NCBI GenBank assembly: GCA_017399965.1
Contig: JAFQAP010000019.1
Coordinates: 543-64,542, forward strand
Length of the DNA stretch: 64,000 nucleotides
Origin: Clostridia bacterium
Lineage (GTDB): Bacteria > Bacillota > Clostridia > Oscillospirales > CAG-382
Direction of reading: 5' to 3'
Shown here: positions 51,945-62,577 of the stretch, in pieces
Layout: every line of letters begins with the position of its first letter
Position numbering within the stretch: position 1 is the stretch's first letter
Made by a program: the position numbers and the translations under genes
The notes under the pieces: model-generated
Told to the model about the DNA's origin: nothing
The model's input: the letters and a program-made list of their open reading frames with translations, nothing else
The model's database searches: none

Positions 51945-53215
51945 TCTCCGCCGTTACCCCCTTTCAGAAAATATACCGTATCTACCGTTATACTGTTTGC
52001 ACAGCGGATAACGTCTTCTCGGGTGACAGTATCAAGCAGTTCTGCATCTTCAAGAGGAGAGGTGTCCTTTCCCTCCAAATATCCCGCAACGTAAAACTTA
52101 TTAATACTGCGTATACTGTCGGTAACGCTTCTCAGACTGCTTTTTATGTTTCGTACGGCGGTTTCAAACTCTTCATCGGTAAAAACGCCGTTTTTCATAT
52201 CTTCAAGCTCGTGCATTATCGCATTGTAAGCTTTGTCCTTATCACGGGCATTTATTCCTGCGGTTATTATAAAAAGCCCCTTTATATAATGGGATATCAT
52301 AGAGCAATAGTAGCAAAGCGACAGCTTTTCTCTTACGTTTACGAACAGCTTGCTGGTGGGAGAAACGGCAAATATTTCCTTAAATACAGTAAATGCAAGG
52401 CGCTCCTTTTGCCGGTCCTCTGTTGCTACACGGCATCCGATAGATAATTTACTCTGGTTAATGTTCATTTCCTCGGTAAAATATTTTTCGGTTTCCGCCC
52501 TTGAAATAAGGATATTTTGAGGCAATTCCTCTTTTCTGGGAGTAAAGGTTATTTCTCTGCAAAGCTTATTGTATATATCTTTTCCCTCTGCATTGCCTGA
52601 AAAAACTATATAAACAGGGGAATTGGAAACAATCTTTTTATAAAAATCATAAAGATTTTTTCCGTTTATTATGTTAACCGTTTCTTCATTACCGCATGCG
52701 GAAACAGAAAACGGCTCATTTTCGCACATCAATTCCACGCATCTTTTTACTGCGTAGGTGGATTTGTTGTCTTTATCGGAACGGATGATATCTATCTGGT
52801 TTTTCTTTTCGCTTTCCACGTATTCGGGCAGGAATCCGCCGCTTACTATAAGAGGATTAAACATCAGCTCATTGAGCAATGCCATCATAGGAACTGTAAT
52901 ATCCTCTTTTTCCATAGTATAAGCCTTGTTCATATAGGAAGCGGAAAAAGTAAGGCACATACATTCTCCCATAGTGCGTGTATATACCTCCGCAGAAGCG
53001 GCGTACAGCTCCTCTTGGGCAATCTCAAGACTGCGCATATCGGGGTACTTTACCGTGCCGCGGTCTATTACTGCGGAAAGTAATGAGGAAAATGCGGTGG
53101 TTTCTTCGGTACGGGGAAATAAAAAGTTCACCGTAAGCATATCATATTTGGATTTATCTGTTTTGAGGGCAGTAAATGTTACGCCCTCGGTTATGGTTTT
53201 TGTGTATTTTTCCAT
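51941..53215 (-). CDS. M16-family peptidase-like protein lacking the HxxEH motif (YmfF-like)
   Basis: 424 aa with an M16-like fold by sequence flavour and no HxxEH motif. It overlaps the downstream M16 gene by 4 nt. Confidence 0.7.
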   Translation of the reverse strand: MEKYTKTITEGVTFTALKTDKSKYDMLTVNFLFPRTEETTAFSSLLSAVIDRGTVKYPDMRSLEIAQEELYAASAEVYTRTMGECMCLTFSASYMNKAYTMEKEDITVPMMALLNELMFNPLIVSGGFLPEYVESEKKNQIDIIRSDKDNKSTYAVKRCVELMCENEPFSVSACGNEETVNIINGKNLYDFYKKIVSNSPVYIVFSGNAEGKDIYNKLCREITFTPRKEELPQNILISRAETEKYFTEEMNINQSKLSIGCRVATEDRQKERLAFTVFKEIFAVSPTSKLFVNVREKLSLCYYCSMISHYIKGLFIITAGINARDKDKAYNAIMHELEDMKNGVFTDEEFETAVRNIKSSLRSVTDSIRSINKFYVAGYLEGKDTSPLEDAELLDTVTREDVIRCANSITVDTVYFLKGGNGGE

Positions 53216-53218
53216 TTA

Positions 53219-53983
53219 TTAAAGTATCTTTGAAGCGCTGTCCGTATCAAGATAAAGGGTTGCGTTATTATGGCGGCGGAGTATGGAAGCAGGGCAGGCT
53301 TCGGTAATTTCTCCTTTAACGGTGTTGTATACTGCGTTTGCCTTGCTGGGGGCGGGAACCACGCAGAATATTGCCTCGGGTGCTACAAGGGTGGGGATGG
53401 TAAGTGTCATGGCGTGGGTAGGAACCAGGTCGATAGACGCAAAGCATCCGTCGTTAACCTGCTGCATACGGCATACGTTATCCAATTCCACGGGCTTTAC
53501 CGCATATTTATCGTTGAAATCCGCTACGTGAGGGTCATTAAAAGCAATATGTCCGTTTTCGCCGATACCCATACAGATAATATCGCAGGGGTGCTCTGCA
53601 AGCAATGCGGCATATCTTTCCGCTTCCGCATAAGGGTCGGTTGCGGTAATATCAATATAATTTACGGAAGCAAAGGGCACCTTTCCGAAAATGGCGTTAT
53701 ACAGGAAGTTGCCAAAGCCTTGAGGCGCATCTTTATCCAGACCGATATATTCATCCATATGGAAAGCGTGTACCTTTGTCCAGTCAATCTCTTTATCGTT
53801 TATAAGAGAAGCAAGAAATTCGTTCTGGCTGGGTGCGGCGGCAAATATCATATTAATTTCGCCTTTTTTCGCTATTTGTGCCTTTATCTCCGCAGCCGCT
53901 TCCTTTGCGGCGCAAATACCCATTTCCTGTCTGGTTTCGTATATTTTGTATGTAAGCTTGTCTGCTGTTCCTGTCTTAACCAT
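53219..53983 (-). CDS. nagB: glucosamine-6-phosphate deaminase
   Basis: 254 aa. ...INMIFAAAPSQNEF...HAFHMDEY...MGIGENGHIAFNDP is typical of NagB. Confidence 0.85.
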   Translation of the reverse strand: MVKTGTADKLTYKIYETRQEMGICAAKEAAAEIKAQIAKKGEINMIFAAAPSQNEFLASLINDKEIDWTKVHAFHMDEYIGLDKDAPQGFGNFLYNAIFGKVPFASVNYIDITATDPYAEAERYAALLAEHPCDIICMGIGENGHIAFNDPHVADFNDKYAVKPVELDNVCRMQQVNDGCFASIDLVPTHAMTLTIPTLVAPEAIFCVVPAPSKANAVYNTVKGEITEACPASILRRHNNATLYLDTDSASKIL

Positions 53984-55148
53984 TTTTTATTTCCTTTCCG
54001 CGCACGTAAACCGCGCATACGTTTATATCATCGTCAAACACTGCTATATCCGCATCTTTTCCCGCTTCCAGGGTGCCCTTGTTATCAAGTCCTGCAAAGC
54101 GTGCGGGGGTTGCCGTCATCATTTTTACAGCATCGTGTAAAGGCACGTCTGCCTGCTTGTATACCGTGCGCACCAATCTGTCCGCCGTGGCGATACTGCC
54201 TGCAAAGGCTTGTCTGTCCGGCATTTTTGCAACGCCGTCTTCTATAAACACTTCGTATCCGTTTTCCAGAGAGCCCAGTATGGTAGTACCGGAGGTCTGT
54301 CCCGCACCACGCATGGAATCGGTTACAAGACACATTTTGTCAACGCCCTTTATGCGGTAAAGGGAGCCGAGAATACAAGGCGGGAGATGGCATCCGTCGG
54401 CAATGACTTCCACACGCATATCGTCAATAATATATCCGCTTTCTATCATACCGGGTATACGGAATCCGCCTCTTCTTACCATAGAGGACATACCCGAATA
54501 AAAGTGGGTAAGCAGATCATATCCGTTTTTATATCCTTCCAGCACGGTGGTGTATTCCGCATCGGAATGTCCCATAGAAGCGAGTATTCCTTCTTTGGCA
54601 AGAGCTTTGCCAAGCTCCATCGCCCCATCAAGCTCGGGCGCAACCGTCCAGCGCTTGATAATACCTTTGCCTGCTTCAAGAATGGGAAGATAATGGTCGG
54701 GCGTGGGCTTTTTCAAAAATCTTTCATCCTGGGCACCTTTTTGTGCAGGGGAGAAATAAGGCCCTTCAAGGTGGATACCGCAAAGGTCGCTTCCGTTGTT
54801 TTCGGTTTTGCTTGCTGTGCGGAAGGTTTCAAAGGTGCGGTATAATTCTTCATCGGGGCAGGTGAGTGTGGTGGGAAGCATAGCCGTTGTGCCGTGGCTT
54901 CCGTGCAGACGGGCGGCGGTGAGATATGCTTCTACCGTGCCGTCCATAAAATCGCTGCCTCCTCCTCCGTGCAAATGTATATCCACAAAACCGGGGGAAA
55001 CGTATTTATCCTTGTAATCGGTAACCTCGTATCCTTGGTCGCAGGTGCGTTCTCCCGCGGAAACTACCTTTCCGTTTTCAAAGCAAACCTCGCCTTTTTC
55101 GATAATACCGTTTTCTGTTATTAATCTTCCTGTAATTTTTTGTATCAT
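53976..55148 (-). CDS. nagA: N-acetylglucosamine-6-phosphate deacetylase
   Basis: ATG at 55148 with a GGAGG RBS. ...GFVDIHLHGGGG... and the ...HLEGP..., ...GHSDA... metal ligands are present. Confidence 0.85.
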   Translation of the reverse strand: MIQKITGRLITENGIIEKGEVCFENGKVVSAGERTCDQGYEVTDYKDKYVSPGFVDIHLHGGGGSDFMDGTVEAYLTAARLHGSHGTTAMLPTTLTCPDEELYRTFETFRTASKTENNGSDLCGIHLEGPYFSPAQKGAQDERFLKKPTPDHYLPILEAGKGIIKRWTVAPELDGAMELGKALAKEGILASMGHSDAEYTTVLEGYKNGYDLLTHFYSGMSSMVRRGGFRIPGMIESGYIIDDMRVEVIADGCHLPPCILGSLYRIKGVDKMCLVTDSMRGAGQTSGTTILGSLENGYEVFIEDGVAKMPDRQAFAGSIATADRLVRTVYKQADVPLHDAVKMMTATPARFAGLDNKGTLEAGKDADIAVFDDDINVCAVYVRGKEIKNG

Positions 55149-55150
55149 TT

Positions 55151-55621
55151 TTATTCCTCCAAAAGGCATACCGCGTGGGCACATATACCCTCTTTTGCTC
55201 CCGTAAAGCCCATGCCTTCTTCTGTGGTGGCTTTTATGTTTATTCTTTCAGGCTCCGCCCGCAAAGCTTTTGCTATATTCTCCCGCATATTTTCTATGTA
55301 AGGAGAAAGCTTGGGCACCTGAGCGATGACGGTACAATCAAGATTGCCTAAAACATATCCACGTTTATCCATTTCCTTTTTGACCTGCTCAAGAAGCAGT
55401 AACGAACAAATATTTTTATATTTTCCGTCGGTATCGGGAAAGTGAAAGCCTATATCCCGCAACGCCATAGCTCCCAAAAGACTGTCGCACACGGCGTGGG
55501 TAAGCACGTCCGCATCGGAATGTCCCGCAAGACCGTATTCATAGGGTATTTCCACACCGCCCAAAACAAGCTTTCTTTCCGGTGCGAAACGGTGAGCATC
55601 GTATCCGTGTCCTATCCTCAT
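55151..55621 (-). CDS. ispF: 2-C-methyl-D-erythritol 2,4-cyclodiphosphate synthase
   Basis: [12 protein letters not shown]......[11 protein letters not shown] is canonical IspF. Confidence 0.95.
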   Translation of the reverse strand: MRIGHGYDAHRFAPERKLVLGGVEIPYEYGLAGHSDADVLTHAVCDSLLGAMALRDIGFHFPDTDGKYKNICSLLLLEQVKKEMDKRGYVLGNLDCTVIAQVPKLSPYIENMRENIAKALRAEPERINIKATTEEGMGFTGAKEGICAHAVCLLEE

Positions 55622-55626
55622 AAAGG

Positions 55627-56352
55627 CTATTTACCTTCCTTTTCTCTTTCCGCAAGGAATATCCGCGCTTTTGCTCTGCGTATATCCTCTGCGGTGGTAA
55701 GCTTATCGTTATTATCGCCGATATTTACATACTTTACCTTAAATCCTGCGGCTTCCGCAAGGGTGGTATCGTCGGTAGCGGTTATCTTATTCTTCTTTCC
55801 CATAGCGGACGCTACCAGATAAATATCTTTTCTGAACACCTGCGGGGTCTGTACGGCAATAAGTCTGTCCCTTTGGGGAGTGTACTGCGCCGCGCCGTTT
55901 TCATCGGTATACTTAATAGTGTCCGCCACCGCCTTGCAGGCGCAGGATGCACCTGTTTCGTAAACTGTGTTAACTACCTCGTCTATGTTTTCGGCTGTGA
56001 TAAAGGGACGTGCGCAATCGTGAATACAAACAATATCCGTGTTTCCCGCCATCAAGACTCCGTTAAGCACAGATTCGGTTCTTGTCTTTCCGCCGGGGGC
56101 AAATTTTATCTCTTTTTTTGTGTATTTACTTGAAATGGGCAAAAGACGTGTATTGTCACGGCAGACCACCACGATATCGTCCACCGTTTCGCTTTTTTCA
56201 AATGCGTCCAAAACCATGGAAAAGACTGTGGCTTTTCCCAGCTTTATAAGGGGCTTTTCCACACCGCCCATTCTTTGTCCCGTTCCTGCGGCGACAATAA
56301 CGGCGGTTACCCGTCTTTTTGTTTTTTTATTATTTTCCACGAATAATATCAC
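55627..56352 (-). CDS. ispD: 2-C-methyl-D-erythritol 4-phosphate cytidylyltransferase
   Basis: ...[16 protein letters not shown]... is the IspD P-loop-like motif, and it sits next to ispF. Confidence 0.9.
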   Translation of the reverse strand: MILFVENNKKTKRRVTAVIVAAGTGQRMGGVEKPLIKLGKATVFSMVLDAFEKSETVDDIVVVCRDNTRLLPISSKYTKKEIKFAPGGKTRTESVLNGVLMAGNTDIVCIHDCARPFITAENIDEVVNTVYETGASCACKAVADTIKYTDENGAAQYTPQRDRLIAVQTPQVFRKDIYLVASAMGKKNKITATDDTTLAEAAGFKVKYVNIGDNNDKLTTAEDIRRAKARIFLAEREKEGK

Positions 56353-57547
56353 CCTTTTTCAATCCCTCTGCTTTAAGATAAAACTCCATCTTTGCATGAG
56401 GTGTGCTTTCTATGGGGTTGCCGTCCATATCAAAAAGTTCGCCTATAACAGCATCTCTTCCCACCTTGCCGGGGGAGAGTATCTGCACGCTTTCTCCTAC
56501 GGACATTTTGTTTCTCTGCAGGCAAAGCGCCATACCTTTTTGGTTATCGTAATCGCTTACTGTACAAAGATATGCTCTGTCTTTAAGATATTCGTTGTTA
56601 TTTACTATGTTTGCGGTCTCCTGAGGGGAGTTAAAGTAAAATCCCGTGCAGTATTCTCTGTGGGAAACACTCTCCACTTCGGTAAGATATGCTTTGTTAA
56701 AGGGCTTGCCTGCAAAATGATCGTCCAGCGCCATACGGTAAGCGTTGGTTACAGCGGCGGTGTAATATGCACTCTTCATTCTGCCTTCTATCTTAAGACT
56801 GTCTATACCTGCGTCAATAAGCTCGGGAATATGCTCGATCATACACATATCCTTGGAGGAGAAAACGTAGGTACCCGTATCGTCCTGCACCGCTTCTATC
56901 TTATCACATTCTCTTTTTTCCTCGTACATATAGTACTTCCATCTGCAGGGCTGGGCACAGCTTCCGTCGTTGGCGTTTCTGTTTATATAGTAGTGGGAAA
57001 GTAAGCATCTGCCAGAATAAGAAACGCACATAGCACCGTGGACAAAGCACTCTATCTCCAATTCGGGAGGGGTGTTTTCTCTTACGGCTTTTATATTTTC
57101 CAAGGTAAGCTCACGGGCAAGAACGATTCTTTTTACCCCTGCGCTGTGCCAGAAACGGCAGGCGGCGGAATTCACCGTGGATGCCTGGGTGGAAAGGTGT
57201 ATTTCCCCTTCGGGAATTATCTCTTTTATTTTGCATATAACGCCCGGGTCGGATACGATATACGCATCGGGCTTTATTTCTCCCAGTACACGCAGATAAT
57301 CCTCCAGCACGGGGAGATCGTTATCTCTGGGCATGGTGTTAAGGGTAATATATACTTTTTTGCCCAAGGAATGAGCATATTTCACCCCTTCGTCAAGCTG
57401 TTCGGGTGTGAAATTACCTGCTTGGGACCGCATACCGAATTTATCCAGCGCGCAATACACCGCATCTGCGCCGTAAAGCAGGGCATAATACAGCTTTTCG
57501 GGATTGCCCGCAGGGGAAAGTATTTCGGGCTTTTTATTCTTGTTCAT
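56330..57547 (-). CDS. peptidase U32 family protein
   Basis: ATG at 57547 (MNKNKKPEILSPAGN...). The E.xxxGAxCxxxxGxC-like motif is ECFVHGAMCVSYSGRC. It lies downstream of mltG, as in the Bacillus yrrL-yrrN/O region. Confidence 0.8.
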   Translation of the reverse strand: MNKNKKPEILSPAGNPEKLYYALLYGADAVYCALDKFGMRSQAGNFTPEQLDEGVKYAHSLGKKVYITLNTMPRDNDLPVLEDYLRVLGEIKPDAYIVSDPGVICKIKEIIPEGEIHLSTQASTVNSAACRFWHSAGVKRIVLARELTLENIKAVRENTPPELEIECFVHGAMCVSYSGRCLLSHYYINRNANDGSCAQPCRWKYYMYEEKRECDKIEAVQDDTGTYVFSSKDMCMIEHIPELIDAGIDSLKIEGRMKSAYYTAAVTNAYRMALDDHFAGKPFNKAYLTEVESVSHREYCTGFYFNSPQETANIVNNNEYLKDRAYLCTVSDYDNQKGMALCLQRNKMSVGESVQILSPGKVGRDAVIGELFDMDGNPIESTPHAKMEFYLKAEGLKKGDIIRGK

Positions 57548-59030
57548 CGTAAAATTTATTAACCTCTTCAGCTTTTTGCTTGTTTGCGTTGTGTCCCGCG
57601 TTTGTCTGGGCATAGTAGGTCTTGCCCGTAACGTCGGAAACAAAGTAATATGCGTTTATCTCTTTTCCGTTTGCATCAACGGGGCGGGCAGGGTATATAG
57701 CCGCTTCCAGAGCGTCCAGACCGGGACAGCATATAGCGCCGGGAGTAAGACCGGGATACAGATAAGTGTTGTAAGGATTATCTGTATCAAGATCCTCCTG
57801 AGTCAGGTCTTCCTTTCTTGCATCAAGGAAATACTGTATCGTTGCATCGGATTCAAGGAAGGGGTAGGTGTTTGAATGGTTAAGACGGTTGTGGAACACG
57901 TAGGAAATGGGTTCGTAGTCGATAATGTGTCTTGCTTCCATCTGTACGAGGGATGCAAGGGTAACGATATCGTCAAAGGTCATACCCATCGCTTCTACGT
58001 CTGCTTTGTATTCTTCGTCATAAAAACGCCAGAAGCGGGAGTTGAAGTTGTTAAGAAAACGATTTATGACCAGATATTCGGCGGTGTCGGTATAAAACTC
58101 GTAGGTATCGGGGAAGAGATATCCTTCAAGTCTGTATACTCTGTCCTCACTGTAGCCCATTTCGTCAAGCAACTGTACGAATTCGTGCTTATAAGGGTAA
58201 TTGTTTATAGCCTCAACGTATTTTTCCTTGGTGCCGATCCCTTTGGAAACCAGCAGGTCTATGATCTGGTCAACGGTATATCCTTCGGGAACAGTGACCC
58301 ATACGGCAGTACGCTCTACCTTTACCGTGGTAAGACGGTAAAGAATGTTGGAAAAGTTAAGGTTATCGGGTATGGAATAATCACCCGGGATAAGCTTTAC
58401 GTCGGTACCGTCACCGTAAACCTCGCAATAAAGCTTAAACAGCCAAGGGTATTTTATAACGCCTTGCTCTTTCAGAGCCTCTGTTACGTCATCGATCGTG
58501 GTGGCTTCCGTAACGGTTACGTTGGCTTCTTTTTCAAGACTTACCAAAGCAAACATATCGTTGATTCCCGTCACCGCAAAATAACTGCAGTAAACTGCGG
58601 CGATCAGCACGAAAACAAGATATATTATCGCCTTGGGCAAAAAGCTCATATTGCCGAGTCTTGTCAAAAAATCGGAAAAATTGAATTTCTCTCTCTTTTT
58701 CTTTTCCTTGTTTGCGACAAAATGCTTGCTCTTTTCGTCCTTGAACTTGGAAAGGTCGGCTTTATCGGAAAAATGGCTGTTCAAAGCGGAGGGCTCTTTT
58801 GCTTCTTCCTGCTTTGCTTCCTCCGTCTTGGGTGCTTCGTCGGAAGCTTTGGGAGGCTCCTTCTTTTGAGCTGTCTTGGGCTGCTTTTTGGGTTCAGACT
58901 TTTTTTCCTGCTTTTTGGGAGCAGGCTGAGCAGGCTCCTTGTTTACGGGAGCTTCCTCGTTTTTTTTGCGGTATTCCTCAATTATCTTGAGTATATCGTC
59001 GGTATTGCTGCCGTTTTTGTTGTTATCCAT
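57534..59030 (-). CDS. mltG: endolytic murein transglycosylase MltG (YceG-like) with long K/E/P-rich N-terminal extension
   Basis: It has a TM helix after the low-complexity N-terminus. The C-terminal YceG domain carries ...ASLVQMEA... and ...NPYNTYLYPGLTPGAICCPG. Confidence 0.85.
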   Translation of the reverse strand: MDNNKNGSNTDDILKIIEEYRKKNEEAPVNKEPAQPAPKKQEKKSEPKKQPKTAQKKEPPKASDEAPKTEEAKQEEAKEPSALNSHFSDKADLSKFKDEKSKHFVANKEKKKREKFNFSDFLTRLGNMSFLPKAIIYLVFVLIAAVYCSYFAVTGINDMFALVSLEKEANVTVTEATTIDDVTEALKEQGVIKYPWLFKLYCEVYGDGTDVKLIPGDYSIPDNLNFSNILYRLTTVKVERTAVWVTVPEGYTVDQIIDLLVSKGIGTKEKYVEAINNYPYKHEFVQLLDEMGYSEDRVYRLEGYLFPDTYEFYTDTAEYLVINRFLNNFNSRFWRFYDEEYKADVEAMGMTFDDIVTLASLVQMEARHIIDYEPISYVFHNRLNHSNTYPFLESDATIQYFLDARKEDLTQEDLDTDNPYNTYLYPGLTPGAICCPGLDALEAAIYPARPVDANGKEINAYYFVSDVTGKTYYAQTNAGHNANKQKAEEVNKFYDEQE

Positions 59031-59043
59031 ATATTATATCCTC

Positions 59044-59958
59044 CTACATAAAGGCGGTAAGCGCGACGAATACGGCAACCAATGCCAGAAACGCCGGCGA
59101 AAAGAATACTTTTAATACGTTATCCTTGCTGTTTGCGGGCAATCCGCTTACAGGCGGCTTTTCCGCGTAATCGGAATAAACCTGATCAAGTCTTGAAAGC
59201 AAAAGTATGATAGAAAGGGCGAACAAGACCACAAGCAAAAAGCCCATAAATATTTCGCCGCTTTTTTGAATGGTAATTCTTAAGAAGCTGTCGCTTCCGT
59301 AAAGGGACAAAAGGTTTGAGAGTACGTGGAGTATTACCGAAGCCAACAGAGAACGGGTCACCACCGCTACCATACCCAGAACCAGTCCCGCAAACAGATA
59401 TAACAAGAAGTTATCAAAAGAAAAATGCATAAACGCAAAGCATAGAGCGGAAACGATAACTGCGTTTACCGAACCGTATGGGCGGTATTCGGAAAGGATA
59501 ATTCCTCTGTAAAACAATTCTTCCGTAACCGCGGGAATAATAACGTATGCAATAATAATTCCCGAACCGCTGTAGGAGGCGGTATTGTTTACCACGGAAT
59601 CCACCAGTCCGTGGGTGGAATACATTTCGTCAAACAACGTGTACTGCCCGTATTTTATCAGCAAAGTACCGCAAAGCAAAACCAAAGCGGATACCAGTAC
59701 GAAAATTATATGTTTGGGGCGCACCACGTAGAAGAAGGGGTCAGTTTCAAGCCGTCTTCCCTTAAGCAGATAATAAAAGATGCAGGGAAGTATAAATATT
59801 ATTAACTGCAGTATGGATATTGTAAGCAGGGGATTTTCGTTTTCTCCCATATTGCCGATAACAAATTTTCCGCACAGACGCAGTATAAGCATTACTGCCG
59901 CGGCAAGCACGGGTACCGTTACCGCAGGCGTCTTAAGGTGATTTTTTATATCCGACAT
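59044..59958 (-). CDS. CPBP-family intramembrane glutamic endopeptidase (CAAX protease-like)
   Basis: Polytopic protein with EELFYRG, FMHF and HVLSN motifs. Confidence 0.75.
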   Translation of the reverse strand: MSDIKNHLKTPAVTVPVLAAAVMLILRLCGKFVIGNMGENENPLLTISILQLIIFILPCIFYYLLKGRRLETDPFFYVVRPKHIIFVLVSALVLLCGTLLIKYGQYTLFDEMYSTHGLVDSVVNNTASYSGSGIIIAYVIIPAVTEELFYRGIILSEYRPYGSVNAVIVSALCFAFMHFSFDNFLLYLFAGLVLGMVAVVTRSLLASVILHVLSNLLSLYGSDSFLRITIQKSGEIFMGFLLVVLFALSIILLLSRLDQVYSDYAEKPPVSGLPANSKDNVLKVFFSPAFLALVAVFVALTAFM

Positions 59959-59992
59959 ATCAAGACCTCCTTTTTAATATTTTTTCAAGTTT

Positions 59993-60538
59993 TTATCTTC
60001 CGCAGGTGGCTTTTTTAAGCAGGCTTGCTTTTTCCGCACCGTAAAGATATTCGGTTATTTTAAGTCCGAACTCATAAGAAACGCCCATTCCTTGCGCAGT
60101 TATGATATTACCGTCCTGTACGACCGGCTCTTTCGCAAGGGTTTTGCAAAACAGCATATCCTCCATTCCGGGGTAGCAAACTGCGGTCTTGTCCTTTAAA
60201 AGACCCATCCTGCCCAAGACTGTGGGGGCGGCGCATATGGCGCACAAAAGACAGCCTTTATCGTATGCGTTTTTAACAGCGATCTTTACAATTTCGCTGG
60301 CATACAGATTTTCGGTTCCCTTACCGCCGCCGGGTAAAATAAGTCCGTCGCAATCCGTAAGGTCGGTTTCTTTTGCCAGAAGGTCTGCCTGTATTTTAAT
60401 ATCGTGAGCACCGCAAACGGTGTTGCTTTCGCTGATAGAAACCGTTTTTATATCCGCTCCTGCTCTTATAATAAGGTCAAGGGGCGCCAACGCTTCGGTC
60501 TCTTCAAATCCGTCTGCCAAAAACATATATATCTTCAT
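59993..60538 (-). CDS. DJ-1/PfpI (ThiJ) family protein
   Basis: 181 aa. ...DGLILPGG... and the nucleophile-elbow region ...LCAICAAP... are present. Confidence 0.8.
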   Translation of the reverse strand: MKIYMFLADGFEETEALAPLDLIIRAGADIKTVSISESNTVCGAHDIKIQADLLAKETDLTDCDGLILPGGGKGTENLYASEIVKIAVKNAYDKGCLLCAICAAPTVLGRMGLLKDKTAVCYPGMEDMLFCKTLAKEPVVQDGNIITAQGMGVSYEFGLKITEYLYGAEKASLLKKATCGR

Positions 60539-60550
60539 TGCTTTTACTCC

Positions 60551-62575
60551 TTAAAATATAATGTATGAAACCGTGTGGGGGGGAAGAGCTGCTTCAAAAG
60601 TGCCGTTTTGTACGGTTATTTCTTGCTGCACACCGCCGTCAAGCGTGTAAATGCCATCGGGAATTTCCGTTTGTATGCAGGAGTATGTCTTTTTTGCGGA
60701 TGCGTTTACCAACAGTAACAGCTTTTTGCCGTCTTTCCGCTGCCACAATTCGGAAAAGGTTGCGGTGTGGGCAAGTAACCCGCCGTAAGCTTCGTGCATT
60801 ATTTTTGTGGTTTTAATAATCTGCTTGTCTTTTATTTTGGGTGAACGCAAAAGCTTTCCGTCATAGAAGAAAGAGCCCAGCTTAACACGTGCGTTTACGC
60901 ACTTTTTGTAAAAATCCTTGTGTACCAGTGAATTGTAGGTTTCGGGCAGTATCCAGCCCATCTGTTCGCCGTATGTTAAGGATTGTGCGGCAAGAATATC
61001 CTGCCCCGCAGCGTCGGGAGCATATATATAGTTTCGTCCGAATACTGCAACATATCCGTTATATATGACCATAAATACGGGAACCTGGTCGTTTTTGATC
61101 CATATCCAGGAAAGATACGCCTGTATCTCCTTCATATACGGATCGGAGGTACATTCGGTGGTAAAGCATCCATCCGCCGGCATAGTCTGCCTTGCGTGGT
61201 CAAGAAGATTTCGGTAGCTTTCTATCCACCACGTGCCGCCGCCTGCGCGGTGGGCGTGGCTGCGGTCTTCACAAGGGTATGGCTGTGCCGCGCCGATCTG
61301 ATCGATGTATACAGCATCCACACCGAAATCATTAAACAGCGTGTGTATGATCTCTTTTTGTTTTTCCTGCCAAAGCGCCGTGGAAGGGCACATTATGGCA
61401 AGCTCGATGTTGGATGTGGGGTAAACCTCCAAAAAAGGCTTATCTCCTTGTTTTTTGGTGCAGTTCGGGCGAGCCACCGCCGTAAACTGCCAATCCTCCT
61501 TACCCTTATCGTGAGTATCCCATAATCTGCCGTTTATATACGGCATAACCCGTATGCCGGCGTTTTGCAAACGGCGCATAGCGGGAACAAATGAATCCTT
61601 TGCGGGAAAATAGTGAGGGTAGTTTGTATCGTAAGGGATCTGGAACCAATCGTAAATATGTGTAGGGCTGTGCAGACCCAAATCCTTGCTTACTTCAAGA
61701 AGCTCGTCCGCAAAGGTTTCGTCCCATTTCATACGCTTGCGCCACCAATGGGGATTTGTTCTCAGCCATTCGGGCATATCTGCACGCTTTCCGTCCTTTA
61801 TTTCAGGCTTCCAGGAGGCATGATTTTCAAAAAAGTCCTTATATATCAATGCCGCATCATACCAGTCGCCGTCAAACAATTCCCATACCGCTTCACCTTC
61901 AAGCGTTTGGCTGTTGCAGGCGGTATCTATATCCCTTAAAGGCATTGTCGCTTTCATACAAGCAATCTTTTCGCCTTCTGCTTTTTTATAAAACAGCTTT
62001 TTGTACGCAGGGGCGGGGTCGTGAAGCCCGTAATATATGCCTCTTTCCGCGCCCTCGTGCCACAAAGCCATATACTGCATTGAAGCGCCGTAGGAAGGGT
62101 AGTTTTGCTTTGTTTCAAAGGTGCGGACAGAGGGATAAACCTCACCGCATCCGTAAGGGAAAAACACTTTTGTCCTGTTGCAGGCGTTAAAGGAGAGGGC
62201 GGGGTAATCACATTCATAAAGAGTGTACAGATTATTTTCGCTGTGCAGGCGAACAGTCCAGCTAACGCTGTCAATTCCGGCGACAGCGGTGAGAATTACC
62301 GTTACTCCGTTAAGAATTGCGTGGTCAGAAAAGGTAAAGGTGTGAACTTTTGCGCTCGATCGTGCGCTTACAGCACCCCAGCCGCTTTTTGAATCCGCAG
62401 AAATAAAGCTTTCTTCGCCCTGTTTACGGGCGGTAAGAACAAACAGAGCGCCGACACCGCTTTGCAAAAATCTTCTGCCGCTTTTTTTATCGGCAACAGA
62501 GCGCAAAAGCATACCGTCTTCTTGGAGCTGTAAAGATATTTGCAGATCTTTTGCGGAAATGAGATGGGTCTTCAT
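60551..62575 (-). CDS. hypothetical 674-aa cytoplasmic protein, possibly glycoside-hydrolase-like
   Basis: Long clean ORF with no signal peptide. It is W/Y/D-rich, with segments reminiscent of TIM-barrel glycosidases. Family not recognised. Confidence 0.45.
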   Translation of the reverse strand: MKTHLISAKDLQISLQLQEDGMLLRSVADKKSGRRFLQSGVGALFVLTARKQGEESFISADSKSGWGAVSARSSAKVHTFTFSDHAILNGVTVILTAVAGIDSVSWTVRLHSENNLYTLYECDYPALSFNACNRTKVFFPYGCGEVYPSVRTFETKQNYPSYGASMQYMALWHEGAERGIYYGLHDPAPAYKKLFYKKAEGEKIACMKATMPLRDIDTACNSQTLEGEAVWELFDGDWYDAALIYKDFFENHASWKPEIKDGKRADMPEWLRTNPHWWRKRMKWDETFADELLEVSKDLGLHSPTHIYDWFQIPYDTNYPHYFPAKDSFVPAMRRLQNAGIRVMPYINGRLWDTHDKGKEDWQFTAVARPNCTKKQGDKPFLEVYPTSNIELAIMCPSTALWQEKQKEIIHTLFNDFGVDAVYIDQIGAAQPYPCEDRSHAHRAGGGTWWIESYRNLLDHARQTMPADGCFTTECTSDPYMKEIQAYLSWIWIKNDQVPVFMVIYNGYVAVFGRNYIYAPDAAGQDILAAQSLTYGEQMGWILPETYNSLVHKDFYKKCVNARVKLGSFFYDGKLLRSPKIKDKQIIKTTKIMHEAYGGLLAHTATFSELWQRKDGKKLLLLVNASAKKTYSCIQTEIPDGIYTLDGGVQQEITVQNGTFEAALPPHTVSYIIF

Positions 62576-62577
62576 AC

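Noticed and set aside
53270-54247. 325-aa plus-strand ORF (and 56039-57004, 321 aa)
   Set aside because: They are antisense to nagB/nagA and to ispD/U32 respectively, all with clear family motifs. Shadow ORFs.
57876-59051. 391-aa ORF on the plus strand
   Set aside because: It is antisense to mltG, whose YceG domain motifs are clear. The long open frame comes from the K/E-rich repetitive coding on the other strand.
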